From Candidatus Daviesbacteria bacterium (lineage in GTDB: Bacteria > Patescibacteriota > Microgenomatia > Daviesbacterales > UBA10151), in contig JBEPVZ010000001.1 of NCBI GenBank assembly GCA_041690695.1, positions 14,943 through 78,942 on the forward strand: a stretch of DNA of 64,000 bases, written 5' to 3'. Position 1 is the stretch's first letter. Each line of letters begins with the position of its first letter. The notes beneath the pieces were generated by a model, which saw nothing but the letters and a program-made list of their open reading frames with translations, was not told the DNA's origin and searched no databases. Position numbers and translations under genes: made by a program. Positions 28,968-38,176 of this stretch are shown here, one piece after another.

Positions 28968-29298
28968 ACTATATACTTTTCCTCAATTTATCCTTGAAAT
29001 ATTTGTAAATTTAATAATCATTCCCCAAACACCCCTTGAATAGATATTTCTTCTTTGTGGTATATAAAACCAAGTTTCTTTAATTTTTCATAAGTTTCCA
29101 TCAGACTTGGATAAATCTGGTTCCACCTGAGGGCAAGCTCACCAGCCCGAGTCTCGCTTAGCGGGACGAGGTCCAGATAGTGTAGCGATCTGGATATCTT
29201 AATTCCAAATCTCCCGTTACCTTAAATTAATTTATCCTATAATATTTGATCTTTAGGAGACTTAAGTCTATAATTAGCCGAAATTATAAAGGTTAATT

Positions 29299-30363
29299 AT
29301 GGATGTAGAAAAAAGATCAGGCTTTTCTGAGCCCCAACCCCCAATATCGCTCCTAAGTCGATCAAATCGACGGGACTTTCTTCGGTTGCTTGGTGCAACT
29401 AGTCTTGGGGTTGCCGCCAGTGGAGCTTTTAGGGTTTTGAATCCAGAAATACCAAGGACTGCTGAAATTACTCCAGCCGAACTCGATCGTACTAACCGAC
29501 TTTTTTTGGGTAGGGAGATCCTGGCTTTGCCAGATTCAGCAATTAAAGGGAGCTTAATTAGCCGGATGTTGCCTCTACTCGAAGATAATCCATCAAAGGA
29601 AATTATGTTAGGTGGGATGTCTATTCGGGTTCAACCAATTAAAGTGATGATTGGAGAATCAACAAACTCGGAGATTCAAGGATCATCGGATATGTGGGAG
29701 GATGATTCTCCAGTAGTTTATTTTAACTCTGATCAAAGACTGAAAATGCCTTATCTTGGTTTAGTGAAACCGGAAGAGCGAAGTAGTTTTTCAACCGATA
29801 ATAGCGGTACTGCCTTTCTTGATAGTAGTGTTTCGGTTGGAGATTCACTTATACCTGATTTAACGCCATATATTAAAGTTACGATACCTCAACAGGCTGG
29901 ACGTTCAGAAAATCTGCGTTGGGTAGATCAAGAAATAAAAAAGTTTGTAGCAGTTAAAGAAGTTATTTCGCTTTGGCTAATCGCCCTTTTTATAGAAGCC
30001 ACAATTAATAAAATGAAAGCTTTGAATATGTCGACGATGGCAGAAGTCAATCTTCCAGGAATGAAACCATATTCCACCGAATTTGTGACCGGGGCGTTAA
30101 AGGTTATTGATCGTCACGTTGGTCGATTACTTTTATCTTTAGATATCGGTGCAACTGTTGCAACTTTGAAAGCTTATCAAGGAACAGCCATGATTCCTTT
30201 AATTACTCGGAGTGACTCTCGATTAGCGACGGCAAATAGCCAGGTTGCCAAAATTGATCTGGGAAATAACGAACAGGATATTTTATTTAATTCCTTAAAA
30301 TTGGCTTATACTGATCATAAATTATTAGTTGTGCCACATCACGGCAGCCTACAGTTTCCTTAA
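29299..30363 (+). CDS. Secreted hypothetical protein with a twin-arginine (Tat) signal peptide
   Basis: SNRRDFLRLLGATSLGVAASGAF matches the S/T-R-R-x-F-L-K plus hydrophobic h-region pattern; GC higher than neighbouring genes. Confidence 0.45.
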   Translation: MDVEKRSGFSEPQPPISLLSRSNRRDFLRLLGATSLGVAASGAFRVLNPEIPRTAEITPAELDRTNRLFLGREILALPDSAIKGSLISRMLPLLEDNPSKEIMLGGMSIRVQPIKVMIGESTNSEIQGSSDMWEDDSPVVYFNSDQRLKMPYLGLVKPEERSSFSTDNSGTAFLDSSVSVGDSLIPDLTPYIKVTIPQQAGRSENLRWVDQEIKKFVAVKEVISLWLIALFIEATINKMKALNMSTMAEVNLPGMKPYSTEFVTGALKVIDRHVGRLLLSLDIGATVATLKAYQGTAMIPLITRSDSRLATANSQVAKIDLGNNEQDILFNSLKLAYTDHKLLVVPHHGSLQFP

Positions 30364-30494
30364 CTCAACAAAAGTGGTTGTGCACTCCAAAATGGCGAAC
30401 TGTTCAAATAGATTAATTAAAACTGAGATGATTCCCAGTTAAACAAGTTTCCAAATCCTCAACCATTCTTGGCAAAAAAATATTCGATACATAT

Positions 30495-31001
30495 TTAAAT
30501 TTCAGCTACGGTCGGATCAAGGCTGGCTACAGTGATACCAGTAACAGAGATCGCTCCTTCTGAAAGCTTCCGTCCTCTTGCCGGCCCATAAATTTCTTCA
30601 TACTGACCAATAAATGAAAAAATAAGCCCTAAATAGCGACTCTGGCCACCTACTTCTAACCGGTCCCATAACCATTGAAGTCTATCTTCGGGATATTTAT
30701 CAATAGCCGTCTTATACCTTTGAATATCTATCTCTCCAACCTCGAGTTGCCGACCTTCAGATTCCAGTTGCATTGTAACTAAATCGTAGGCAACTGCTGC
30801 TCCTAAACCCCAACTCATATGCTGTCCTGACTCCATACCCCGAACACCAACAAAACGGTGAAGGGAGGGATGTCTTTCCTGCATTCTGAGTAGTTGACCA
30901 AAATGATAAGATTCACTTTCGCTGGCAGCCCTTCTTAACCTGGATAGAGCAAAAGCTTCATTTTCTTCTGCAATCTCCAAAACCTTTCTTTCAATTGACA
31001 T
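30495..31001 (-). CDS. Hypothetical protein
   Basis: 168-aa ORF, no motif; GC-shifted like its neighbour. Confidence 0.3.
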   Translation of the reverse strand: MSIERKVLEIAEENEAFALSRLRRAASESESYHFGQLLRMQERHPSLHRFVGVRGMESGQHMSWGLGAAVAYDLVTMQLESEGRQLEVGEIDIQRYKTAIDKYPEDRLQWLWDRLEVGGQSRYLGLIFSFIGQYEEIYGPARGRKLSEGAISVTGITVASLDPTVAEI

Positions 31002-31118
31002 ATTGGGGAATTATAGTTAGAGAAGTCACTTGAGTCAATTTACGGTATTAACTAATCAACCCACGACTGAATGACTTCTTACATATTTTTTATAAAAGAG
31101 TAGTAAAATAGTTTAATT

Positions 31119-32024
31119 ATGCAAAGAATTGTTCCTAATTTTTGGTTTGACCATAACGCTGAGGAAGCTGTTGATTTTTATCTTTCAGTCTTTAAGGACA
31201 GCAAAATCAAGGCAACGTTCCATTATCCAAAAACTGAAGAAGAAGGATTAGCTGACTTTCAAACAGATTTAGCTGGAAAAGTGTTAACTATCGATTTTGA
31301 AATAAGCGACTATAGTTTTACGGCGATTAATGCCGATACGACATTTAAGCCGACTCCATCAATATCATTTTTTTACACCTGTGATACAAAACAAGAAATT
31401 GATGAATTATGGGAAAAACTATCAAATGATGGGAAAACATTGATGGATCTTAATAAATATCCATTTAGTGAATATTATGGTTGGGTACAAGATAAATTTG
31501 GCTATACTTGGCAGCTTATTTTAAACAATGCTCAAGGTGATAAAAGACCAAAAATTGTACCTTCACTTATGTTTACGAAAGATAGAGACGGACAAGCCCA
31601 GGATGCAATGAAGTTTTATACCTCGGTCTTTAAAGACAGTGATATAAGTAAAAACCTTAATTATTATCCCTCAGATATACCTGATAGAGAAGGTAAGATT
31701 TCTTATGCTGATTTTCGACTGTTTGATCAATGGTTTGCGGTTATGGATGGCGGAAAAGATCATGATTTTAGTTTCAGTCCGGCAATTTCACTGATGGTAC
31801 GATGCAAAGATCAAGAAGAGATCGATTATTACTGGGAAAAACTATCAGCAAATCCGGATTTTGAACAATGTGGTTGGCTTGAAGACAAATATAGTGTTAA
31901 TTGGCAAATTGCACCTGAGAATATAGATGAATTGATAAGGCTGCCTGGGGCATACAAAAGTATGATGAGTATGAAAAAGCTTGATATCGCAGGACTACAA
32001 GAAGCTGATAAAAATGACGAATAA
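31119..32024 (+). CDS. Tandem-duplicated PhnB-like (3-demethylubiquinone-9 3-methyltransferase domain, VOC/glyoxalase superfamily) protein
   Basis: Two internal repeats begin IVPNFWFDHNAEEAVDFYLSVFKDS and IVPSLMFTKDRDGQAQDAMKFYTSVFKDS. Confidence 0.5.
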   Translation: MQRIVPNFWFDHNAEEAVDFYLSVFKDSKIKATFHYPKTEEEGLADFQTDLAGKVLTIDFEISDYSFTAINADTTFKPTPSISFFYTCDTKQEIDELWEKLSNDGKTLMDLNKYPFSEYYGWVQDKFGYTWQLILNNAQGDKRPKIVPSLMFTKDRDGQAQDAMKFYTSVFKDSDISKNLNYYPSDIPDREGKISYADFRLFDQWFAVMDGGKDHDFSFSPAISLMVRCKDQEEIDYYWEKLSANPDFEQCGWLEDKYSVNWQIAPENIDELIRLPGAYKSMMSMKKLDIAGLQEADKNDE

Positions 32025-32085
32025 TATTCTGTGACCTTCGGTACTAAATAGACTATCTCAAAACTGTTTTTGGTATAATCACTTC

Positions 32086-32307
32086 ATGGAAGACTTAGTA
32101 GTTGTTAAAATATTTAATACTCGTATCGAAGCGGAGATTGCTAAAGGTTTACTAGAAGCAAATAAGATAGACTCAATAATCCAGGCTGATGATGAGGGTG
32201 GAATGGCTCCATTTCCTTTTAAACCGACTTCTATGGGTATCAGATTGCTTATTAAACAAAGTGATCTTCAAAAGGCAGAAAAATTATTAAAAGCAAGAAA
32301 GTTATAA
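32086..32307 (+). CDS. Small DUF2007-like protein
   Basis: 73 aa; VVKIFNTRIEAEIAKGLLEANKI resembles the DUF2007 N-terminal consensus. Confidence 0.35.
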   Translation: MEDLVVVKIFNTRIEAEIAKGLLEANKIDSIIQADDEGGMAPFPFKPTSMGIRLLIKQSDLQKAEKLLKARKL

Positions 32308-32314
32308 TCAACTT

Positions 32315-33007
32315 ATGCCAGAGATGGATCTTTTAAATAGCGGCTTAGAAAAAACTAATTGGTGGGTGGTGACCGGTGGTCCATCATCGGGTAAAAGTAC
32401 ATTATTAACTTATATGGCATTCAAGGGGCATCGAGTAATTCCAGAAGCAGCCCGAGTTTTAATCGACCTTAAGCTGAGCCGTGGCCAAACTTTAGCCCAA
32501 ATTCGCCAAGACGAAAGTCTTTTTCAAGATCAGGTTTTTGATATGAAAGCTGGATTGGAAAGTCAGTTATCTCCCAATCAAGAAGCTTTACTCGAGAGGG
32601 GTTCACATGGGGATACTCTTGCTTATAAGCTACTCGGAATGATCTGGCCGGACAAAGAACACACTCCACCAGCTGACTACTCACGAAGATCAGGAATTCT
32701 CGATAGAATAGAATCTACCGATTTTCTAGGTAGACCCGAAACAACCTATATTCTTAAAAGACAGTATGCTGGGGTTTTTATCCTTAACCGTTTACCTTTT
32801 GTGAAGGATTATGCTCGGACTGAAGACGATCTTCAAGCCGAGAGGATTGACAAGCTGCTGCATTATAGCTATCGTCTACTTGGTTATCAGCCAATTGATG
32901 TACCAGTAGCGCCGGTTGATCAACGTGCCAACTTTATACGAAGACATATTCAGATATTGAAGACTGAGAGCGTAAAAGATTGCGAGCAATTGCTCAAACG
33001 ATGGTAA
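32315..33007 (+). CDS. P-loop ATPase/kinase (AAA_28/NadR-like)
   Basis: Walker A VTGGPSSGKSTL near the N-terminus. Confidence 0.45.
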   Translation: MPEMDLLNSGLEKTNWWVVTGGPSSGKSTLLTYMAFKGHRVIPEAARVLIDLKLSRGQTLAQIRQDESLFQDQVFDMKAGLESQLSPNQEALLERGSHGDTLAYKLLGMIWPDKEHTPPADYSRRSGILDRIESTDFLGRPETTYILKRQYAGVFILNRLPFVKDYARTEDDLQAERIDKLLHYSYRLLGYQPIDVPVAPVDQRANFIRRHIQILKTESVKDCEQLLKRW

Positions 33008-33008
33008 G

Positions 33009-33116
33009 ATGAGAAAAATAATAACTACTACATTTATTACTCTTGACGGTGTTATGCAGGCTCCAGACGGGCCGGAGGAAGATACTTCAGATGGATTTGC
33101 TTATGGGGGTTGGCAG
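33009..33116 (+). repeat. Truncated duplicate of the first 36 codons of the RibD_C/DHFR-like gene at 36437 (108 nt, ~92% identity); direct repeat partner is 36437..36544
   Basis: Aligned by eye: ATGAGAAAAATAATAACTACTACATTTATTACTCTTGACGGTGTTATGCAGG... versus ATGAGGAAAATAATAACTACTACATTCATTACCCTTGACGGTGTTATGCAAG..., 9 mismatches, then abrupt divergence. The copy encodes MRKIITTTFITLDGVMQAPDGPEEDTSDGFAYGGWQ and then a short out-of-context tail. Confidence 0.7.
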
Positions 33117-36100
33117 TTGACTATTCACTGTTTTTTTCGTTCTTATTAAAACAACTGATAATACTATTATAATTAACGCCATCACACCTGTGACTCCTAT
33201 TACGAGAGGAGAAAATGAATTTGTAGGTTTTACTACAACATTGACACTGAACTCTTTTTCGCTACCCGTCAGATTAAGTGATTCTTCTCCTTTGAAATTC
33301 CCATAGGCAATGAGTAGTTGATGATTTCCTGACTCGACATTATGAAAAGTAGCTACACCATTCTTGTCAGTCGTAGTCGTTTGTGGTGTTGAGTGAAGGG
33401 TTACCATTGCCCCAGCAACAGGCTGTTTATTTGTATCAGTAACTTTTATATTTACATCGTGTACCAGTACTTGATTACTACTATTACCTGTAGAACTACT
33501 TGGAGACATTTGATCTGAAGCGCTTTGAATTTTTAAATCCCATCCAATATTTAAGTTCGCGGATGAGCTAAGAGAGGGATACTCATCTTGATTGTCTTTA
33601 ATAATTTGCGCTATTTCTTCTGGAATAGTGATCTGGAGATCGTTTGTTTGTATTACGAACGAAGCAATAGACCAGAGACTATCTCCTGGCTGGACTTTAT
33701 ACGACGTGCTATTGCCCAATGGAATATTTGCAACTGGTTGCACCGTTGTTGATACAAAAGGTGTTGAACTACCAAACAGATTATTTCCGTTTGTTGTCGC
33801 CGATATTTCATTTGACCAAGTGCCCGGAGCACAACCATTAGCAGCTTGAATTCTAAAATAATACGTAGTATTCGCAGCAAGGCTTGAGACTAATGCAGTT
33901 CTAGCGCCACTTCCTCCAATATTTTGGGAACCGTAGGGATAATTTCCAGAAGTTGTTCCATACTGAAGAATATAATGATCCAGAGGTCCATCTGCACTGG
34001 CAAAGTATAAGAGTATATTCTGACTATCTTGAGCGTTGGCGGCATATAGCCAAGGCGCTTTTGCACCAGGTGATGGGTTTCCACAAGATGGTGTGGTCGT
34101 ATCGGAAGATGAAGAATTTGAGGATGAAGCTGAAGTAGGCGTTGGGGTTGCAGTTGGAGCTATTGCCACAAAAATATCTATAGCACCATTATTAAACTGA
34201 CTAGCTGATGCTCCACTTGCAACAAGTGGTTTCATTAACTTCACGTACGCTATTTGATTTCCTGTATCAACGTAGGTAAGATAATCAGTATTTTTTGTTA
34301 ATGATGTTGATCCAATTTTCACTGTAGGATCTACGAGTGAGGTGTAATTAGCAATTTTATAGATATTGATCCAGCGCTCTGTCACATTACCCGTGATCGT
34401 AGGAGTAAAGAGTACTTCGTTACCTGAGGCGGTCATTTGATAGGCTGCTTCATCGTAACTAAAGCTACTCATGGATCCTGTTGTCATAATCCCTGATGTA
34501 TCGGGATTTAAATAGTCTGCTGCTATTGAAATAGCGTCACCGGAAGTCAGATTTTTATCTAGTACTTGTAAGTAATAAAATGTTTTTGTTGTTAAAGCAG
34601 AGAAATTAGCAATTGTTGCATATTCATATACTTTTAGGCGAGAAGTATTTTGATCGTAATCCACGACGTTACTTGAGCCACCATTACTCGTCAGTTTCGT
34701 TTTTATTACGGTCTCAACACCTGTAGATATTCCACTGGCATTTTTAGGGGTGATATAGACATAATCAGGGTTTGTACTTGTCAGTGTCGGCCAGCCAACT
34801 GTATTGGAGCCACCTACTGTACCATATCCTCCATTGGAAAAATCCCACACGTTCTCTCCTACTTCTTGCAATCCACCGATAAGGGTCACTTCAAGAGAGT
34901 CGGCAGCCCCAAGTGTAATTGCTGACCCACTCGGATTTGTTGCGTCGACTCTATCAGCTATAAATCCAGGATTTCCTGGGTAAATTGCTGTCTTAACAAG
35001 ATAATTAAATCCATTGGCGTCTGTTCCGGAGGTAGGAACCGTTCCACTATAATAACGTCTGAAGCCCGTTCCTGTCGGTGTTTGTTCGGCTAGAGTGTAG
35101 GCCGAAGACTCTGTTCCAAGATACGTTCCCGACCTGTTGGTTAACCAATGAATAAAACCATCGGGAATAGTTGTTGCTAAGCTAGTTTGGTTAATACTTG
35201 TGGTATTGCTTGCGATCTCATACCAGGGAGAGATTATTGCACCCCCATATGTAGGAATAAGTCCCACTTGCCATCCGTCCCCAGAACTATTTGTCCAGTG
35301 AATATCTGTTTCTGCCTGGTTGTTGCTAAAGCCTCCGGATATACCGCTTTGGGTTTGGGATGTTACGACCAATCCTGGTGCTGCCGTTGGGGTAGGCGTA
35401 GGAGTGGGTGTGCTAGTAGGGGCGGCGGTACTTGTAGGGGTCGGAGTACTCACAACATTGTCTCCGACTGAAAAGTTATCGATAACCCAACCCGTTGAAC
35501 CTGCAAAACCTTTAATCCCGGCTTTTCCTGCTGCAAGAGGTGAGGTGTCAGTTACTTGTCCCGTCCAGCTAGCTGGTTCTGCTGTCCCGTCCTGCCATAC
35601 TTTAATAGAAAGGATGGCATTACTTCCTGATGTTGCTACATTAAACCGTATCCAATAAAACGTGTTATTTGCTTCCGAGAGTGCCACTGTAGTGGAAAAT
35701 GGTTTCGTGCTGACTCCAGCTTGTGTTTTTAATATATCAACTTCACCCGTTGCACCATTTGCTCCAAAGCCTGCAGCATAGGTATTATTTATATCTGTAA
35801 ACCGTAACATGATACGCCCACCATCTGTAACAATTTGATTACTCTCATAGCGTACAAGACTATCAGCAGTAGAGATCGAGGTACTTCCCAATGTTAATAG
35901 CTGGCTTGCCCCTGAGTTGATAACGCGTCCTTCGTTAGCATTGACAGAAACATTGGCAGCCGTACCACTTTGTAGCGTCCAGGCGTTCCCATCTGTAGCT
36001 GTTCCCCAACCATTTGCAACATTTGATCGTGTAAATGTATCTTGAAGAAGAACGGAGCCCGTTACGTCTGGATTTGTTGCGTATGCTTTTTCAACAAGCA

Positions 36101-36221
36101 CAAGCGAAAAGAAAAAGAGTGTACTCATGAACATTAGAAGGAGAAAAACTGTGCTAAAAATAACTTTTTTGTAAAAGATAAAAGTGGACTTAATTCGTCC
36201 ATTTTTTAGGGGGATGACCAT
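33087..36221 (-). CDS. Large secreted, membrane-anchored surface protein P2 (1044 aa). Order: N-terminal TM/signal, jelly-roll/LamG-like domain, PT linker, large beta-rich region, FN3-like domain, LysM-like segment, CarboxypepD_reg-like domain, TM anchor
   Basis: C-terminal ~340 aa are homologous to P1 (for example YYFRIQAANGCAPGTWSNE vs YYFRVRGGNGCATGPWSNE, and VATFHNVESGNHQLLIAYGNFKGEESLNL vs FATFHNVESGDHKVLVAYNGFQGEQSLNL). YKVQPGDSLWSIAS is LysM-like. The last 10 codons and the stop are encoded by the reverse complement of the 33009..33116 repeat. Confidence 0.6.
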   Translation of the reverse strand: MVIPLKNGRIKSTFIFYKKVIFSTVFLLLMFMSTLFFFSLVLVEKAYATNPDVTGSVLLQDTFTRSNVANGWGTATDGNAWTLQSGTAANVSVNANEGRVINSGASQLLTLGSTSISTADSLVRYESNQIVTDGGRIMLRFTDINNTYAAGFGANGATGEVDILKTQAGVSTKPFSTTVALSEANNTFYWIRFNVATSGSNAILSIKVWQDGTAEPASWTGQVTDTSPLAAGKAGIKGFAGSTGWVIDNFSVGDNVVSTPTPTSTAAPTSTPTPTPTPTAAPGLVVTSQTQSGISGGFSNNQAETDIHWTNSSGDGWQVGLIPTYGGAIISPWYEIASNTTSINQTSLATTIPDGFIHWLTNRSGTYLGTESSAYTLAEQTPTGTGFRRYYSGTVPTSGTDANGFNYLVKTAIYPGNPGFIADRVDATNPSGSAITLGAADSLEVTLIGGLQEVGENVWDFSNGGYGTVGGSNTVGWPTLTSTNPDYVYITPKNASGISTGVETVIKTKLTSNGGSSNVVDYDQNTSRLKVYEYATIANFSALTTKTFYYLQVLDKNLTSGDAISIAADYLNPDTSGIMTTGSMSSFSYDEAAYQMTASGNEVLFTPTITGNVTERWINIYKIANYTSLVDPTVKIGSTSLTKNTDYLTYVDTGNQIAYVKLMKPLVASGASASQFNNGAIDIFVAIAPTATPTPTSASSSNSSSSDTTTPSCGNPSPGAKAPWLYAANAQDSQNILLYFASADGPLDHYILQYGTTSGNYPYGSQNIGGSGARTALVSSLAANTTYYFRIQAANGCAPGTWSNEISATTNGNNLFGSSTPFVSTTVQPVANIPLGNSTSYKVQPGDSLWSIASFVIQTNDLQITIPEEIAQIIKDNQDEYPSLSSSANLNIGWDLKIQSASDQMSPSSSTGNSSNQVLVHDVNIKVTDTNKQPVAGAMVTLHSTPQTTTTDKNGVATFHNVESGNHQLLIAYGNFKGEESLNLTGSEKEFSVNVVVKPTNSFSPLVIGVTGVMALIIIVLSVVLIRTKKTVNSQLPTPISKSI

Positions 36222-36436
36222 GTAATACTGTGTATATGATAGTAGGGTTTTTCTAGTAGAAGGTCAAGTAAAAATTATGAATTATCCCTTTTTGAAACTC
36301 TAAAAGACCAAGTGGGGGACATTATACACGATGCTTCTAAAGTTTAATGTTTAACTTATTTTTACGCCCTAGCAGTATTTTTAGCCTTAAAATCTAATGA
36401 TTTTCAATAAACTAACGGTGTAGTAGAATTGTTTAG

Positions 36437-37048
36437 ATGAGGAAAATAATAACTACTACATTCATTACCCTTGACGGTGTTATGCAAGCGCCCGGTGGGC
36501 CGGAGGAAGATACTTCAGATGGATTTGCTTATGGAGGTTGGCAGCTTGGCTGGGACGAATCTGACCCAATAGCGGAGAAAATTCTGGAAGGTTTTATGAC
36601 CGCTCCTTTTGAGCTGCTTTTAGGCAGACGGACTTATGATATTTTTGCCTCTTACTGGCCAAATCATGAAGAGATAGAGCAGGTCGCGAAACCATTCAAT
36701 AGCACCAAAAAATATGTTGTCTCACATGAATCTTTTAAACCGTCCTGGAATAATTCAACGCTTATTACCGGAGATGTGGTCACAGAGATAAAAAAGCTTA
36801 AAGAGTTAGACGGTCCAGACCTAGTAGTCTGGGGGAGTGGCAACCTTATCCAAACACTACTTAAGCACAATCTCATCGATCGCATGCAGATATTGACCTA
36901 CCCTATTACGATTGGCACTGGCAAAAAATTATTCGCCGAAGGCACACTTCCTGAGCGCTTTAAACCAGTAGATTCAAAAATCACCTCGACAGGTGTAGTG
37001 TTTGCTACCTACGAACCAGCAGAGCCACTCAAACCAAGGTCGTTATAA
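36437..37048 (+). CDS. Dihydrofolate reductase-like protein (RibD C-terminal domain family)
   Basis: N-terminus MRKIITTTFITLDGVMQAPGGPEEDTSDGFAYGGW is typical of RibD_C/YwjB-like reductases. Confidence 0.65.
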   Translation: MRKIITTTFITLDGVMQAPGGPEEDTSDGFAYGGWQLGWDESDPIAEKILEGFMTAPFELLLGRRTYDIFASYWPNHEEIEQVAKPFNSTKKYVVSHESFKPSWNNSTLITGDVVTEIKKLKELDGPDLVVWGSGNLIQTLLKHNLIDRMQILTYPITIGTGKKLFAEGTLPERFKPVDSKITSTGVVFATYEPAEPLKPRSL

Positions 37049-37080
37049 AGTTATTAGTATACTTTCGATTAATACTCAAT

Positions 37081-37659
37081 ATGACAAATGAAAAGAAGAG
37101 ATGTGGCTGGGCAGAATCCGATCCATTGAATCTTGCCTACCATGATTTGGAATGGGGAATTCCAATGCATGATGATAAAACTCTCTTTGCAATGTTAACG
37201 CTGGAGGGTGCCCAAGCCGGACTGTCTTGGACAACAATTTTGAAAAAAAGACAAAATTATAAAAAAGCTTTTGACTCATTTGATGTCAATAAAATTGCAA
37301 AATATACTCCATACAAAATCAACTCACTTCTTGCAGATAGTGGAATTATTAGAAACAAACTCAAGATCGCCGCAACTATTCAAAATGCCAAAGCTTTTCT
37401 TGAGATACAAAAAGAGTTTGGAAGTTTTGATAAATATATTTGGCAGTTTGTCGGAAATAAACCAATTAAAAACTCACTCCAAAATTTAAGTGAGTACCCA
37501 ACTAAAACTAAGGAATCAGAAGCTATGAGCAAGAATTTGCTGACAAGAGGATTTAAATTTGTTGGCCCGACAATTTGTTATGCTTTTATGCAAGCAGTTG
37601 GGATGACCAATGATCACCAAGTAAAGTGCTTTCGTTATAAGGAAATGTCTTCTTTATAG
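37081..37659 (+). CDS. tag: DNA-3-methyladenine glycosylase I
   Basis: N-terminal CGWAESDPLNLAYHDLEWG and the LTLEGAQAGLSW motif characteristic of Tag. Confidence 0.8.
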   Translation: MTNEKKRCGWAESDPLNLAYHDLEWGIPMHDDKTLFAMLTLEGAQAGLSWTTILKKRQNYKKAFDSFDVNKIAKYTPYKINSLLADSGIIRNKLKIAATIQNAKAFLEIQKEFGSFDKYIWQFVGNKPIKNSLQNLSEYPTKTKESEAMSKNLLTRGFKFVGPTICYAFMQAVGMTNDHQVKCFRYKEMSSL

Positions 37660-37671
37660 TATTACGATTGA

Positions 37672-38160
37672 TTGATCCTATCTTTATTGGGGAATATAAT
37701 ACCTAACATGCTCGAGGGTGAATATTCATATAAGTCTTTTATGGCTACTTCCGAAGGAAAGTTAGATTTAGGCGATTATTTGCCTGCTGTGGCAAATTTA
37801 TATTCTAGCCTTCATGTCGTGCCACAGGACTCTTGCCCAATCGAGGAATTAGAATTTAGTCTAGGCATTCAAAATCCGTCAGTGGTGATCGCTTTAAATA
37901 CGAGTTCAGAAGTTGTTGGGTATGGCATCCTTCGGATCATTACCCCTAAAATAGCAGACTTAAGTAGCGCTTTTGTTAAAGAGTCAGACCGAAGACGAGG
38001 TATTTATAAAGAACTTGTCAAACGAAGAATTGACATCGCCAAACAAAAAGGGTCACAACGCATCCAAATCTATCCAGCCCATTCTGACTCCATTCAGATA
38101 CCTTATTTCCTAAAAGAGGGTTTTCAGCAGCGAGATGAATGGTATATAAAAGATTTGTAA
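37672..38160 (+). CDS. GNAT-family N-acetyltransferase (putative)
   Basis: Acetyl-CoA-binding-like segment RRRGIYKELVKRRIDIAKQKG in a ~160-aa protein. Confidence 0.4.
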   Translation: MILSLLGNIIPNMLEGEYSYKSFMATSEGKLDLGDYLPAVANLYSSLHVVPQDSCPIEELEFSLGIQNPSVVIALNTSSEVVGYGILRIITPKIADLSSAFVKESDRRRGIYKELVKRRIDIAKQKGSQRIQIYPAHSDSIQIPYFLKEGFQQRDEWYIKDL

Positions 38161-38176
38161 AAAGTTTTGATATAAT

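Noticed and set aside
28968-29298. Possible SRP RNA, RNase P RNA, tmRNA or riboswitch in the long spacer upstream of the Tat-signal gene
   Set aside because: None of the diagnostic conserved cores could be found by eye (SRP domain IV GGAA-tetraloop helix, RNase P P4 AAAGUCCGG, tmRNA tRNA-like ends). Kept only as an unassigned structured leader in the findings.
33009-33140. The truncated RibD_C duplicate as a separate small gene
   Set aside because: After 36 homologous codons it runs into 9 unrelated codons and a stop. On the other strand it supplies P2's C-terminus and stop. Best explained as a duplication junction, not an independent CDS.
12208-35658. Antisense or off-frame ORFs inside P1 and P2 (12208..12426, 33592..34138, 35187..35658)
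   Set aside because: They are embedded in long, domain-bearing ORFs on the other strand. 35320..35658 is merely the antisense of the PT-linker (GVGVGV...).
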